This document shows positions 35,167 to 43,639 of a stretch of 60,525 nucleotides of DNA, in pieces (positions within the stretch are counted from its first letter, which is position 1; each line of letters starts with the position of its first letter). The translations under genes and the position numbers were made by a program. The DNA is from a virus: IMG/VR virus record IMGVR_UViG_3300044764_000010, positions 1-60,525 of that record. One strand, given 5' to 3'. The notes below the pieces were generated by a model. The model was not told where the DNA came from, did not search any database, and saw only the letters and a list, made by a program, of their open reading frames with translations.

Positions 35167-35669
35167 CCGAGATCAGGCGACAGGGCGAGACTCACCGCGC
35201 CGGCCCGGACGGCACCGTGGGACCGGCCCCGGCGCTGCCTATGCCTGCGCCGGCTCACCGCGTGCGCTCGCTGGATATCCGGCTGGATGTGATGCCCGAC
35301 GGCGGGATGCGCGTGAGCACCCCGCAGGCTCGAGGGTGGGCGGTGGTCGCGTCCGGTCCGCGGCAGCTCCTCGGCGCACTGCAAGCGGCGTTCACCGAGG
35401 CGCAGGTTGCGGCCTACTCGCGCTGGAAGGGCGAACCGTACGAGCTGGACGCCCTGACCGAGGTGGACAACACGGACCCGTTGGCGACCACCCGACAGTG
35501 GCAGGCGCCGCGGGACCGGACCGAGCGCACCGACGTGCACTCGCCGGCGGACTGGACGCAGATGCACGATGGGCGTTGGCGTTCGCCCGGCGGCCGGTTC
35601 TACCGCGAGGACTGCGAGACCGTGCAAAAGGTTCTCCGCAAGCGGCGGATGCTCGGGGAGACCGCGTAA
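35163..35669 (+). CDS. hypothetical protein (168 aa)
   Basis: GTGA overlap. Confidence 0.65.
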   Translation: MTEIRRQGETHRAGPDGTVGPAPALPMPAPAHRVRSLDIRLDVMPDGGMRVSTPQARGWAVVASGPRQLLGALQAAFTEAQVAAYSRWKGEPYELDALTEVDNTDPLATTRQWQAPRDRTERTDVHSPADWTQMHDGRWRSPGGRFYREDCETVQKVLRKRRMLGETA

Positions 35670-35681
35670 CCCGCGTGTCTA

Positions 35682-35710
35682 TTGCGTCCCCCCATTTTGG
35701 GGGGTAACAT
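35682..35710 (+). promoter_or_regulatory. canonical dyad-spacer promoter (TTGCGT-C6-ATTTT-G6-TAACAT), leaderless geometry
   Basis: -10 ends at 35710. ATG at 35717 (+7). Nearly identical to the 1717 copy. Confidence 0.75.
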
Positions 35711-35716
35711 CGGGGC

Positions 35717-35938
35717 ATGTTGACCAAGCCTTGGCCCGCCAATCACATCGTGGACGGCAGCGTCCACGTATGGGAAGCATCGGCATTCGGCCACACCGCC
35801 CACCTCGCCACCTACGACGGTCACCTCAACCTGTTCGCGGCGCCGTATCGCGCGGACGGCATCGAGGGCGTCCAGCTCATTGACGATCACGGCCTCATCC
35901 ACAAGCAGGACCTCGGGGTCCCGCGCAACCAGTTCTGA
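35717..35938 (+). CDS. hypothetical protein (73 aa)
   Basis: Track ORF. Confidence 0.65.
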   Translation: MLTKPWPANHIVDGSVHVWEASAFGHTAHLATYDGHLNLFAAPYRADGIEGVQLIDDHGLIHKQDLGVPRNQF

Positions 35939-35946
35939 GGATCGAC

Positions 35947-36552
35947 ATGCCTGCCAGCAAATACCCGCCGTACTCCGAAGTGATCTTGTGCCCTGCACTC
36001 AAGTGCGAGTGGGAGCACGTTGAGCCCGACCCCCTCGGCCTGCGCCCGACACGCGAAGACATCCAGAACCTCATCCGTGAGGGCGTCCCCGGCGCGGCGC
36101 TCGCTCGAGCGCAGCGCATCGAGGCTGCCCTTGCCGAGCACATCGACACGCACACCGCCCTCGACTGGTTGCAAACCATCTGGTCGCTCAAGGCGGACCG
36201 CTCGCAGGGCGTCACCCTGCTCAACCGCATCCTTGGCGAGGATGCCCCTGCCAGTGACATCGGCATGGAGGCTCGGGCGTACATCAACCGCATCGAGGAT
36301 TTCAAGCTCGCTCGCCTCTCCTCGCCGCGCTTGTGGCGCGCCGGCGATCCCGAGCCGGCCGACCATCCGCCGGTCGAGGACGTTGACGGCCGCACCTGGC
36401 TCTACGTGGTCGAACAGGGGGGCTTCGCGCCGTCCGCAGACAACCGGTACTGGCTCTGGTTTCAAGACGGCCAGCGCACGCACTCGGGTCGCTTCTCGTG
36501 GGATGAGCTCCTGCGCAACACCGAGTACGTGACCGAGAGGGCCTCCCGATGA
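35947..36552 (+). CDS. hypothetical protein (201 aa)
   Basis: Track ORF. Confidence 0.7.
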   Translation: MPASKYPPYSEVILCPALKCEWEHVEPDPLGLRPTREDIQNLIREGVPGAALARAQRIEAALAEHIDTHTALDWLQTIWSLKADRSQGVTLLNRILGEDAPASDIGMEARAYINRIEDFKLARLSSPRLWRAGDPEPADHPPVEDVDGRTWLYVVEQGGFAPSADNRYWLWFQDGQRTHSGRFSWDELLRNTEYVTERASR

Positions 36553-36710
36553 GTCTTGAGGAGATGCTCGCGACACTGGACGAAATCACGGCAGACCTGT
36601 CCGAGGTCCACTCGCTCGGTTACCTCACCGCGTCCGAGCGCGAGGCTCGCATCCAGATGGCCCGCGAGTCGCTGGCCCGGCTGGTCACGGAATCGGCGGG
36701 TGTCTCATGA
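36549..36710 (+). CDS. hypothetical small protein (53 aa)
   Basis: Unlisted ORF with ATGA overlap. MSLEEMLATLDEITADLSEVHSLGYLTASEREARIQMARESLARLVTESAGVS. Confidence 0.5.
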   Translation: MSLEEMLATLDEITADLSEVHSLGYLTASEREARIQMARESLARLVTESAGVS

Positions 36711-36853
36711 GCATGACGCGTATGGAGATCATCGTGGCCATCGGCGACATCCGCTACGAATTGTGGAACCACCTGCAGGACCCGACCTATGACCGACAGA
36801 AGCTCGCCGAGGAAACGGTTGAGCGCCTCAACGAACTGGACGATCGAGCGTGA
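36707..36853 (+). CDS. hypothetical small protein (48 aa)
   Basis: Unlisted ORF with ATGA overlap. MSMTRMEIIVAIGDIRYELWNHLQDPTYDRQKLAEETVERLNELDDRA. Confidence 0.5.
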   Translation: MSMTRMEIIVAIGDIRYELWNHLQDPTYDRQKLAEETVERLNELDDRA

Positions 36854-37053
36854 TGGGCCGCAAGAAGGCGTTCCGTCTCGATGCCCTGTCGTCCGCGCTC
36901 GACTTGCTCGAGTGCATGGTGGATGACGAGACGTGCTCGTTCGACCACCACGGTTCTTGCCAGGATCACTACGGCGAGACCGCCGATGGCCGATGCGCGA
37001 ACACCGCCGCGCGTGAGCTCCTCGATGAGCTGCGTCCGGGGTGGTCCGCATGA
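36853..37053 (+). CDS. hypothetical protein (66 aa, Cys/His-rich)
   Basis: TGATG overlap. Confidence 0.6.
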   Translation: MGRKKAFRLDALSSALDLLECMVDDETCSFDHHGSCQDHYGETADGRCANTAARELLDELRPGWSA

Positions 37054-37739
37054 TGGCGAAAGGGCACTTCATCAGCGGTGGCGTTGCTGGCCTCCTGGTT
37101 GCCCCTCTCGTGCCAATGCCCATGATCGTGGGAGCGAACCAGGGTGTGCGCGGCGTAGGCCTTGTGGCCTCCTATGCGCTCCTCGTGGCTGTCTTCGCAC
37201 TATGGCCGGACATCGACCACCGGCCGTCCACGATCTCGCGTTGCCTCGGTCCGGTCACCTGGCTCCTCTGCCGGTTCTACATGTTCTTGTCGCGGGTCGC
37301 CTACCAGGCCACCCGCACCGAAAAGGACCGGCCCGAGGGCTGTCACCGCACCCTCACGCACACCACGTTGTTCGCCCTCGTGCACGGCGCCGGCGTTGGC
37401 GGCGTCATCGCCCTCACCCCGGCGTCCGCGTGGGCCGCGTTCGTGGGCTCGGGGATCACCGTGGGCTGCCTCGCGCATGTCTGGTTCATCGGCGACGCGT
37501 GCACCCTGTCCGGCGTGCCTCACCCGTTGTGGCCGTTCGTGCTGGTCAAGGGCAAGCGTTGGGGCTCGGTCGGCTACCCGCAGTGGATGCGGTTTCGCGC
37601 CGGCGGCAAGGTCGGCGAGCCGGTGGCCACGTTCGTGCTCGCCCTCGCGTTCGCTGCGATGACCGCGGCCACCGTGTCCGCCACCGGTCGCCCGTGGTGG
37701 GCGCTGGTCGGAGACGCCGCTGGGTGGCTGGTCGCATGA
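37050..37739 (+). CDS. YdjM/DUF457-like membrane-bound metal-dependent hydrolase
   Basis: ATGA overlap. Contains HFISGG..., LWPDIDHRPS and HRTLTHTT. Multiple TM helices. Confidence 0.65.
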   Translation: MMAKGHFISGGVAGLLVAPLVPMPMIVGANQGVRGVGLVASYALLVAVFALWPDIDHRPSTISRCLGPVTWLLCRFYMFLSRVAYQATRTEKDRPEGCHRTLTHTTLFALVHGAGVGGVIALTPASAWAAFVGSGITVGCLAHVWFIGDACTLSGVPHPLWPFVLVKGKRWGSVGYPQWMRFRAGGKVGEPVATFVLALAFAAMTAATVSATGRPWWALVGDAAGWLVA

Positions 37740-38053
37740 GCAAGGTCATCGAGGAGGCCGACAAAGAGCGCATGGTGGGGATCCTCTGCGAGCACGCCGA
37801 GACCACCGCGGACGGCCATGGGTTGAGGCGATGCCGCGGTGTGCCCGAGGGTGACGACCTCACCGGTACGGCAGGGGACCGCAAGGTGATCTACCCGAAC
37901 CATGGGGCTGCCGTCGCTTGTGCCGCCGAGCTCCTGCAGGTGTTCGGCACGCGGATGTGGCCGTACAAGTGTCCGCGGGCCAAGCGCCACCACCACCTCA
38001 CGAGCCGCGGCGACAAGGTCGGCGACACCTGCGCTTGCGGGGTGTCGATATGA
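37736..38053 (+). CDS. hypothetical protein (105 aa)
   Basis: ATGA overlap, in the frame of track ORF 36881-38053, whose upstream part is junk. Confidence 0.65.
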   Translation: MSKVIEEADKERMVGILCEHAETTADGHGLRRCRGVPEGDDLTGTAGDRKVIYPNHGAAVACAAELLQVFGTRMWPYKCPRAKRHHHLTSRGDKVGDTCACGVSI

Positions 38054-38547
38054 CGACGCCGGTATGCACCCGCGGTACGTCGAACGCCGACGACCGCGGC
38101 TCGACCGAGACCCGCAGGCGCCGACGCGCGTGGTTGCTCGAGCGATTCGGGGACGGGGAGAAGGCACCGTGCTACCGCTGCGGTGTCTTCCTGGACAACT
38201 CGACTGTCACCGCGGACAGGATTTTCCCCGGCTGCCTCGGCGGCCGCTACGTCCGCGCGAACATCCGTCCGGCGTGCAACCCGTGCAACATGGCCACCGG
38301 TGGCGCGCTCGGCGCCTCGAGGGTGGGAGTGAGGAGCCTGACCGTGAAGCTCATCGCCATCGCCGACCTCGTGGCCGAGTACGCCGAGATCCTCGCCCGA
38401 CACACCGAGGACGAGATCGGGCCGCACCACCTGCAGGCGGCCTCGGATGGGGTGGGTCGCAAGCTTCGCGAGATGCACCCTGGCCACCGGATGCCGTCGG
38501 ATCGGTCCATCCGGGCCGCGGTCAACCGCCGGGCTCGAGCCGCGTGA
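38050..38547 (+). CDS. HNH endonuclease-like protein
   Basis: ATGA overlap. Contains CYRCGVFL...DRIFPGCLGGRYVRANIRPACNPCN. Confidence 0.65.
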   Translation: MTTPVCTRGTSNADDRGSTETRRRRRAWLLERFGDGEKAPCYRCGVFLDNSTVTADRIFPGCLGGRYVRANIRPACNPCNMATGGALGASRVGVRSLTVKLIAIADLVAEYAEILARHTEDEIGPHHLQAASDGVGRKLREMHPGHRMPSDRSIRAAVNRRARAA

Positions 38548-38563
38548 CCTGAGACGAACGGCC

Positions 38564-38611
38564 AAAAGGCCCGAGATCCGGCGAGATAGCTGCCGGGCCT
38601 CGGGCCTTTTT
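38564..38611. terminator. bidirectional terminator (A-tract, nested hairpin, T-tract)
   Basis: aaaaggcccgag...ctcgggccttttt, with an inner ccggc / gccgg stem. Confidence 0.8.
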
Positions 38612-38627
38612 GTATCGCTCTACACAG

Positions 38628-38655
38628 ATGTATCCCCCCTGGTGGGGGGTATGTT
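38628..38655 (+). promoter_or_regulatory. orphan dyad-spacer promoter-like element (ATGTAT-C6-TGGT-G6-TATGTT) with no + strand gene downstream
   Basis: 16-bp spacer. Points into the 3' end of the minus-strand translocase operon. Confidence 0.4.
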
Positions 38656-38719
38656 GATCTCACTTCTCAGAGGTCTCAGGTCTGCGCACATTACGTGTGA
38701 GGGCCTGAGACTGAGACGG

Positions 38720-40615
38720 CTACGCCGCGCCGGCCTCGTCCTCGGACGCACCCGCCGGCGCCGGGCCCGCGCGCCACATGCCACCCGCCTTGTGCACGCG
38801 CCCGTTCGCCTCGTACGCAGCGAGGCGCCGGTACACGGTCGCACGCGAGACAGTGGACATCTCCACGAGCTTCTCGACCCGAGCCGGCCCCTCGAGGGTG
38901 AGGAACTTGAGGATCTCCTCCTCGGGCTCGGACGCCTCGGCCGGCATGACCATCGGGCCGGACACGCCGCACAGTGCCGCCCACGCGGCCGGCTCAAGAG
39001 CTTTCTGCAGTTCAGCCGATGCGAGGACGTGCCGGCGACGCTCCTTGTTCGGGACAAAGAACCCCTTGGCCGGCTCGGCGACCGAGTGCTTGTCATCGCG
39101 CAACAGGAACTGGCCCTCTCGCAGGGTGGTCGAGTTCCAGCCGAGCCGTCCGAGCTCGCCCCACAGGTTGCGGTTTTGCTGCGCATCCAGCGCGAGGCCG
39201 ACGATGGCCTTGAGCTGCGCCTGCAGCTCTTTGCTGCCGAGGTCGACCTTGGTGCCGTTCTGCGACGCGAACACGAGGCGGACCCCGCACTTACGGGCCT
39301 TTTTGGCGATCCGCGAGAGGAGCGTGATGACGATCTTCTCCATGCCTTGCTGCTTGGCCTCGGCGAGAAGGTCGGGGAACTCATCGATCACGAGCACCAA
39401 CCACGGGTGGGCCTTGCTCGGCTCGAACGAATCCGCGGCCTCGTCATCGTCCTCGCTCGCCTTGCCGAGCACGCGCTCACGCAGCTCGATCACGGCGAAC
39501 ACGCGCTCGAGGATCACCATGGCGGACTCGAGGTCATCGGCGAGCGGCAGTGCGAGGACCTTGCGCCACACACCGAGCGTCGCCCCGCCGGCCATGTCGA
39601 CGGCCACGAGCACCGTGTCCGAGGCAGCCGAGAGCCATGTCATCAGCGAGTGAAGCCAGATCGACTTACCCGAGCCGGTCTGCCCAACCACCAACGTGTG
39701 CTGCAGGTCGTAGATCAACTCGCGACCATCGGCGAGCAAGCCCATGGCGAACCGCTTGCCCATCTCCTTGAGCGAGACCGTGCCGGGCTCGGGCATGGGG
39801 TGATTGATCTTGCCCTTCCACGGGTCCGACGGGAGCACAGTGAGTACCACGGTCCGGGCGTTGTTCGGGTCCTCCTTAGCGAAGATCGATCCCGGTCGCA
39901 GGTTGAGGTACGAGGCCAACGGCTTGACGAGACGCGAGACCACGTCGATGGTCAGGCCCTCGGCGAGCCGGATAGTCAGGGTCGCGACTCGGCCGTTGCC
40001 GTGGACCGCGGTGACCTTGGACCCGACGAACGGGCGCAGGGTCTCGGGGCAGCGGTCCCGGTCCGCGAGCTTCACGAACTTGCGTGCGATCTTGTCCGCG
40101 CGACCCGCGGTCCGGACTCGCCGGTGGTACCACCACGAGCCGCCGTACAGGAGAAGACCGATCTTCCAGAACCAACCTGAGAACTCGGACGGTCCGGCGC
40201 CGGTCCGCACGGCGAGGTATACGCCGATCAGCGAGACCAGCGAGCCGAAGTAGATCCGTTCCACCGGCCGGTCCAGGACCCCGGACTTACCCGAGTCCAG
40301 GCCGCTCGGGACCAGCCGCATGACGATCGCGCCCCACCGGTCCGACAGTTGCGGACCGAACCACGCGACCGGGACGCCGAACGCCGGCAGGACCAGCGCG
40401 ACGAACCACCACCCGGGGACTGTGAGGTTGGCGACGGCTGCGACCAGCCAGATCACGAACCCGAAGAAGACGGGGGACAGGGCCCGGCGCCACCGGAACG
40501 CGAGGCGCTTGGATCCACGGAGCATCTTGGCGCCGGCCCATACCGCGACCTTGGCCATGATCATCCCCCACGCGACATCCAGGGCCCCGCCTTGCTGCTT
40601 AGTCTTCTTGGCCAT
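38720..40615 (-). CDS. FtsK/SpoIIIE-family dsDNA translocase of the actinomycete TraB type (N-terminal TM segments, ATPase, C-terminal wHTH)
   Basis: 631 aa. Walker A VVGQTGSGKS, Walker B WLVLVIDEFPDL. Several N-terminal TM helices. C-terminal VEKLVEMSTVSRATVYRRLAAYEANGRV. Confidence 0.85.
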   Translation of the reverse strand: MAKKTKQQGGALDVAWGMIMAKVAVWAGAKMLRGSKRLAFRWRRALSPVFFGFVIWLVAAVANLTVPGWWFVALVLPAFGVPVAWFGPQLSDRWGAIVMRLVPSGLDSGKSGVLDRPVERIYFGSLVSLIGVYLAVRTGAGPSEFSGWFWKIGLLLYGGSWWYHRRVRTAGRADKIARKFVKLADRDRCPETLRPFVGSKVTAVHGNGRVATLTIRLAEGLTIDVVSRLVKPLASYLNLRPGSIFAKEDPNNARTVVLTVLPSDPWKGKINHPMPEPGTVSLKEMGKRFAMGLLADGRELIYDLQHTLVVGQTGSGKSIWLHSLMTWLSAASDTVLVAVDMAGGATLGVWRKVLALPLADDLESAMVILERVFAVIELRERVLGKASEDDDEAADSFEPSKAHPWLVLVIDEFPDLLAEAKQQGMEKIVITLLSRIAKKARKCGVRLVFASQNGTKVDLGSKELQAQLKAIVGLALDAQQNRNLWGELGRLGWNSTTLREGQFLLRDDKHSVAEPAKGFFVPNKERRRHVLASAELQKALEPAAWAALCGVSGPMVMPAEASEPEEEILKFLTLEGPARVEKLVEMSTVSRATVYRRLAAYEANGRVHKAGGMWRAGPAPAGASEDEAGAA

Positions 40616-41408
40616 CGGTGGCCTCCTTGATCAGTCGCAGGGCCCGACCGGATCCAACGGACCAGCGGGTGATGACGGACCGCTTGGTGACTGGTCCGCT
40701 CTTGGACTCGGACCGGATCCACTCCACGATCTGCGAGTCCTGCGGTACCGGGCTCGAGGTGGTGTTGCCTGCGGTCCGGGGTCGGATGGTCCGGGCAGCT
40801 GCAGCGGTCCGCTTGGGCGCGGTCCGTGCCGGGCGGTCCGGGCTCGAGACCAACCGCGTGATCTCGGACCGGTCCGCGGGCTCGGGCGTGGGCCCGATGG
40901 GTTCGGCGTAATCGGACCAGCCGGACCGGGCCCGCCCGAACCGTCCACGGTCCGCACCGTTGCGCGGACCCAACTCGGTCCGCTCGGGTACCGCGGACTC
41001 GGGGACCATCGGCGGTCCGGCCTTGGACTCGCCGAGCGCGTGCCGATGGAGGACCGAGAGCATCGCGGCAAGGATGGCCGGCGGGATCGCACCAAGAACC
41101 GCGGCGAGCACGGACCGGGTAGAGATCCAGTGGTCCGCCACGTTGGCCGCGAGGGAGAGCACGATGCCCACAAGCGCGAGGGCTCGTGCCTGGTTCATTG
41201 CGGCGGACCGCTCGCGGCGGATCCAGAGGTCCGTCCCGAACGCCACCGCGGCGTCCAGGGTGAGCGGGAACAGCCACGCGAGGTTGCCGAATCCGGCGAT
41301 CTCGGCGAGATGGCGAACCGACTCGAACGAGATGACTGCAGCCGAGGCGACCGGCAGGGTGGCGAACAAGCGCAGGCGCGAGACGCTCATGGGGGGCAGG
41401 CGTCGCAT
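40599..41408 (-). CDS. DUF2637-like integral membrane protein with disordered C-terminal half
   Basis: ATG 7 nt after aaggag. VISFESVRHLAEIAGFGNLAWLFPLTLDAAVAFG matches my memory of DUF2637. About 4 TM helices. Confidence 0.65.
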   Translation of the reverse strand: MRRLPPMSVSRLRLFATLPVASAAVISFESVRHLAEIAGFGNLAWLFPLTLDAAVAFGTDLWIRRERSAAMNQARALALVGIVLSLAANVADHWISTRSVLAAVLGAIPPAILAAMLSVLHRHALGESKAGPPMVPESAVPERTELGPRNGADRGRFGRARSGWSDYAEPIGPTPEPADRSEITRLVSSPDRPARTAPKRTAAAARTIRPRTAGNTTSSPVPQDSQIVEWIRSESKSGPVTKRSVITRWSVGSGRALRLIKEATDGQED

Positions 41409-41410
41409 TG

Positions 41411-41848
41411 TCAGTCTCCTTGGTTCCCGCCGGCGGGAAGCTCGCGCCTCGTGGTCCACCGGTCGTAGACGGTCATGCCGTTGTCGGTCTGCAGGTACGG
41501 CAACATGACCTGGTCAAGCGCCACCATCTCGGTCTCGATGATGGCGAGTTGCGCCCGGACCCAATCCCGCAGGATTCGCCACGCGACCCGCTCGGCGTGA
41601 TCAAGGGTCTGGTACCGCTTCTCGACTCGCTGCTTGATCAGGACCGCTTGGACTGCGCCGGTCCTGACCGGCAGCAAGTAAACGTACGACTCGCCGGCGA
41701 CCACGATGGTGAACATCATCGAGACCATGCGGCCCTGCGGGTCGTACTCGGACCCGATACCGCGGGCCCCGGCGCGGACCAGGTCCTTGGTGATCTCGTT
41801 GGCGGACCGGACCGCGGCAACGGTGGTCGTGTAGTTCGCGAGCGTCAT
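41411..41848 (-). CDS. hypothetical protein (145 aa)
   Basis: ATGA overlap with the upstream gene. Confidence 0.7.
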   Translation of the reverse strand: MTLANYTTTVAAVRSANEITKDLVRAGARGIGSEYDPQGRMVSMMFTIVVAGESYVYLLPVRTGAVQAVLIKQRVEKRYQTLDHAERVAWRILRDWVRAQLAIIETEMVALDQVMLPYLQTDNGMTVYDRWTTRRELPAGGNQGD

Positions 41849-42072
41849 TCCGGGTCACCCGGCTCTACGACGTAGTGCGGGTTCACGGCGCCGACGTTGT
41901 AGCGGACCGCGTTCCAGTTGGACTCGCGAGTCCGCCGGCGGACCGCATCCCGCAGGAACATGGAGACCACGTAGGCGGCCACGACCAGACCGGCCGCGAG
42001 GCCGTCCCCGCGGACCAGCGAGACCGCGAGCCCAATGAGGGCGACGGCCGCAACGATGGATCGGATTCTCAT
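41845..42072 (-). CDS. small membrane protein (75 aa)
   Basis: Internal ATG of track ORF 41845-42183, preceded by aaggag. TM segment IVAAVALIGLAVSLV...LVVAAYVVSMF. Confidence 0.6.
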   Translation of the reverse strand: MRIRSIVAAVALIGLAVSLVRGDGLAAGLVVAAYVVSMFLRDAVRRRTRESNWNAVRYNVGAVNPHYVVEPGDPE

Positions 42073-42078
42073 CTCCTT

Positions 42079-42106
42079 AGCGTAAGGCACCCCCCGCCTT
42101 GGGGGG
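42079..42106 (-). promoter_or_regulatory. hairpin (C6-AAGGC-G6) plus 5 nt plus TACGCT box, upstream of the minus-strand operon
   Basis: On the minus strand TACGCT occupies 42084-42079, exactly 7 nt before the ATG at 42072. No clear -35 box. Confidence 0.4.
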
Positions 42107-42150
42107 TAAGACCATCCTGAGAAAGGGGAGAGATTCACCCGCCTACCCAC

Positions 42151-42179
42151 TTGTGTCCCCCCGATGAGGGGGGTAAGAT
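42151..42179 (+). promoter_or_regulatory. canonical dyad-spacer promoter (TTGTGT-C6-GATGA-G6-TAAGAT)
   Basis: Same core as the 17585 copy. About 35-nt leader with gaggag before the ATG at 42220. Confidence 0.7.
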
Positions 42180-42219
42180 TCAAGAATCAGCATGAACACG
42201 CCGATTCGAGGAGCTCGCC

Positions 42220-42600
42220 ATGTCGACCACCACCGCCACCCGGACCCTCTCGGACGCCGTCGCCGAATCGGACACCGAGATCCGCACGGTGTCCACCACC
42301 CACCTCCTGCAGCTGCAGGCCGAGGGTTGGGAGTTCCGCGGGTTCGCCTCGATCGAGGCCGAGCTCAACCGGCGCGCGGCGGACCAGAGCAACCCGCGGT
42401 TCCAGCACATGGTTTCCCTCGAGGCCCGGATCAACGCCGAGTACGCGAGTCAGGTGTGCGGCATCGACGCCGACACGCGGGCCCGCGCCACCGCTCGCAA
42501 GGCCAAGGCGCAGCGCGCGCTTTACGCCCTCGTGAGTGACCTCGGCCCGAAAGAGGGTGCCGCCTACGGCGAGTACCGCCGGACCGCGTACGCCGGCTGA
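42220..42600 (+). CDS. hypothetical protein (126 aa)
   Basis: gaggag RBS. Normal composition. The competing ORF 42192-42539 is R/G/P junk. Confidence 0.7.
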   Translation: MSTTTATRTLSDAVAESDTEIRTVSTTHLLQLQAEGWEFRGFASIEAELNRRAADQSNPRFQHMVSLEARINAEYASQVCGIDADTRARATARKAKAQRALYALVSDLGPKEGAAYGEYRRTAYAG

Positions 42601-42630
42601 TCATCCGAACCCCTGCCAAGGAGGCAACCA

Positions 42631-42873
42631 GTGCCCGAAACAACCGTCCGCCCGTACAGCTTTTACGCGGACACCGAGGTCCTCGATGAGCTCGCCGACG
42701 TTCGCCGGCAGCTCACCGGGAACCTGACCGGCGCCGAGCACGACTCGCTCGTGTCGGACCTGGTCGACAAAAAGCAGGCCCTCGAGCTCGAGGGCGCAAC
42801 CCGCGGCCTCGAGGACCCGGAGACCGGAATGCCTTTCCAGTTCGATGACGAGGACCCGGAAAGCTGGAACTGA
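42631..42873 (+). CDS. hypothetical acidic protein (80 aa)
   Basis: GTG after aaggagg. Confidence 0.65.
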   Translation: MPETTVRPYSFYADTEVLDELADVRRQLTGNLTGAEHDSLVSDLVDKKQALELEGATRGLEDPETGMPFQFDDEDPESWN

Positions 42874-42934
42874 CCGACCCTCGAGCCGGATGCCACTACG
42901 GCGTCCGGCTCGACCTATGCCCGAGGGGGCCGCT

Positions 42935-43252
42935 ATGCCGATCGATGACCAAGGACGCAGCTATCCGGATGACGAGGTCTACACCTCATGCGAGTGGGAC
43001 ATGGAGCCGCGCGCGGGCGAGATCTTCCGGGAGGAGGACTACCGGCCCGAGCGGTGGCGCGGCGTGCCGATCGAGATGACCTGGATGAGCCCGTACGGCA
43101 CCACCACGTTCCCGTCCGTGTTCACCTCGATGGAGGTCGAGAACGCGGGGATGCGGTTGCACGTCCAGGCCGACGTGCCGACGTGGGCGCAGGTGCTCAT
43201 GATGCCGGGCCAGGAGTTGGACGGCGCGCACATCGAGTTCGATCTACCGTAG
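42935..43252 (+). CDS. hypothetical protein (105 aa)
   Basis: ATG after gaggggg. An alternative ATG lies at 42917. Confidence 0.6.
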   Translation: MPIDDQGRSYPDDEVYTSCEWDMEPRAGEIFREEDYRPERWRGVPIEMTWMSPYGTTTFPSVFTSMEVENAGMRLHVQADVPTWAQVLMMPGQELDGAHIEFDLP

Positions 43253-43254
43253 GG

Positions 43255-43283
43255 TTGTCTCCCCCCTCATCGGGGGGTACGAT
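43255..43283 (+). promoter_or_regulatory. canonical dyad-spacer promoter (TTGTCT-C6-TCATC-G6-TACGAT)
   Basis: The spacer is the inverse of the GATGA copies. The leader carries a gaggaggg RBS before the ATG at 43319. Confidence 0.7.
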
Positions 43284-43318
43284 TGAGGGATCATCCGCAC
43301 CGAGGAGGGCCAAGGCCA

Positions 43319-43639
43319 ATGCGCAACACGATCATCGATCAGGCACCCGAGGGCCAGTACTGGGAGTGGGTGTTTCTCAACGCGGACGGCTACGACGTGA
43401 CCGGCGACATCGGGAGCGACGGCAAGGCCACGTTCGCCCGAGTCATCATCACCGAGGGCCGCGCGGATCTCCTCGGCAGCTACGTCGTCACGTTCCGGCG
43501 CATCGAGGGCATCTGGACCATCCAGCTCGACTCGGACCTGTTCGACTTGAGCGGCTACGACCCCGAGGCGTACGCGGACCCGAGGGACTTCCGGATCCTG
43601 GACGCCGACCTCACCGAGTTCCTCGCCGCGGTCCGATGA
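43319..43639 (+). CDS. hypothetical protein (106 aa)
   Basis: ATG after gaggaggg. Confidence 0.7.
   Translation: MRNTIIDQAPEGQYWEWVFLNADGYDVTGDIGSDGKATFARVIITEGRADLLGSYVVTFRRIEGIWTIQLDSDLFDLSGYDPEAYADPRDFRILDADLTEFLAAVR

Larger units (their letters stand above)
38548..38717. repeat. cluster of GTCTCAGG/CCTGAGAC octamers
   Basis: CCTGAGAC at 38548-55 and 38704-11. GTCTCAGG at 38673-80. Partial copies TCTCAG at 38665-70 and TGAGAC at 38712-17. Confidence 0.6.

Noticed and set aside
42192-42539. ORF 42192-42539 as the first gene downstream of the 42151 promoter.
   Set aside because: Its translation is R/G/P/H-rich junk. The overlapping frame from 42220 has a gaggag RBS and normal composition.
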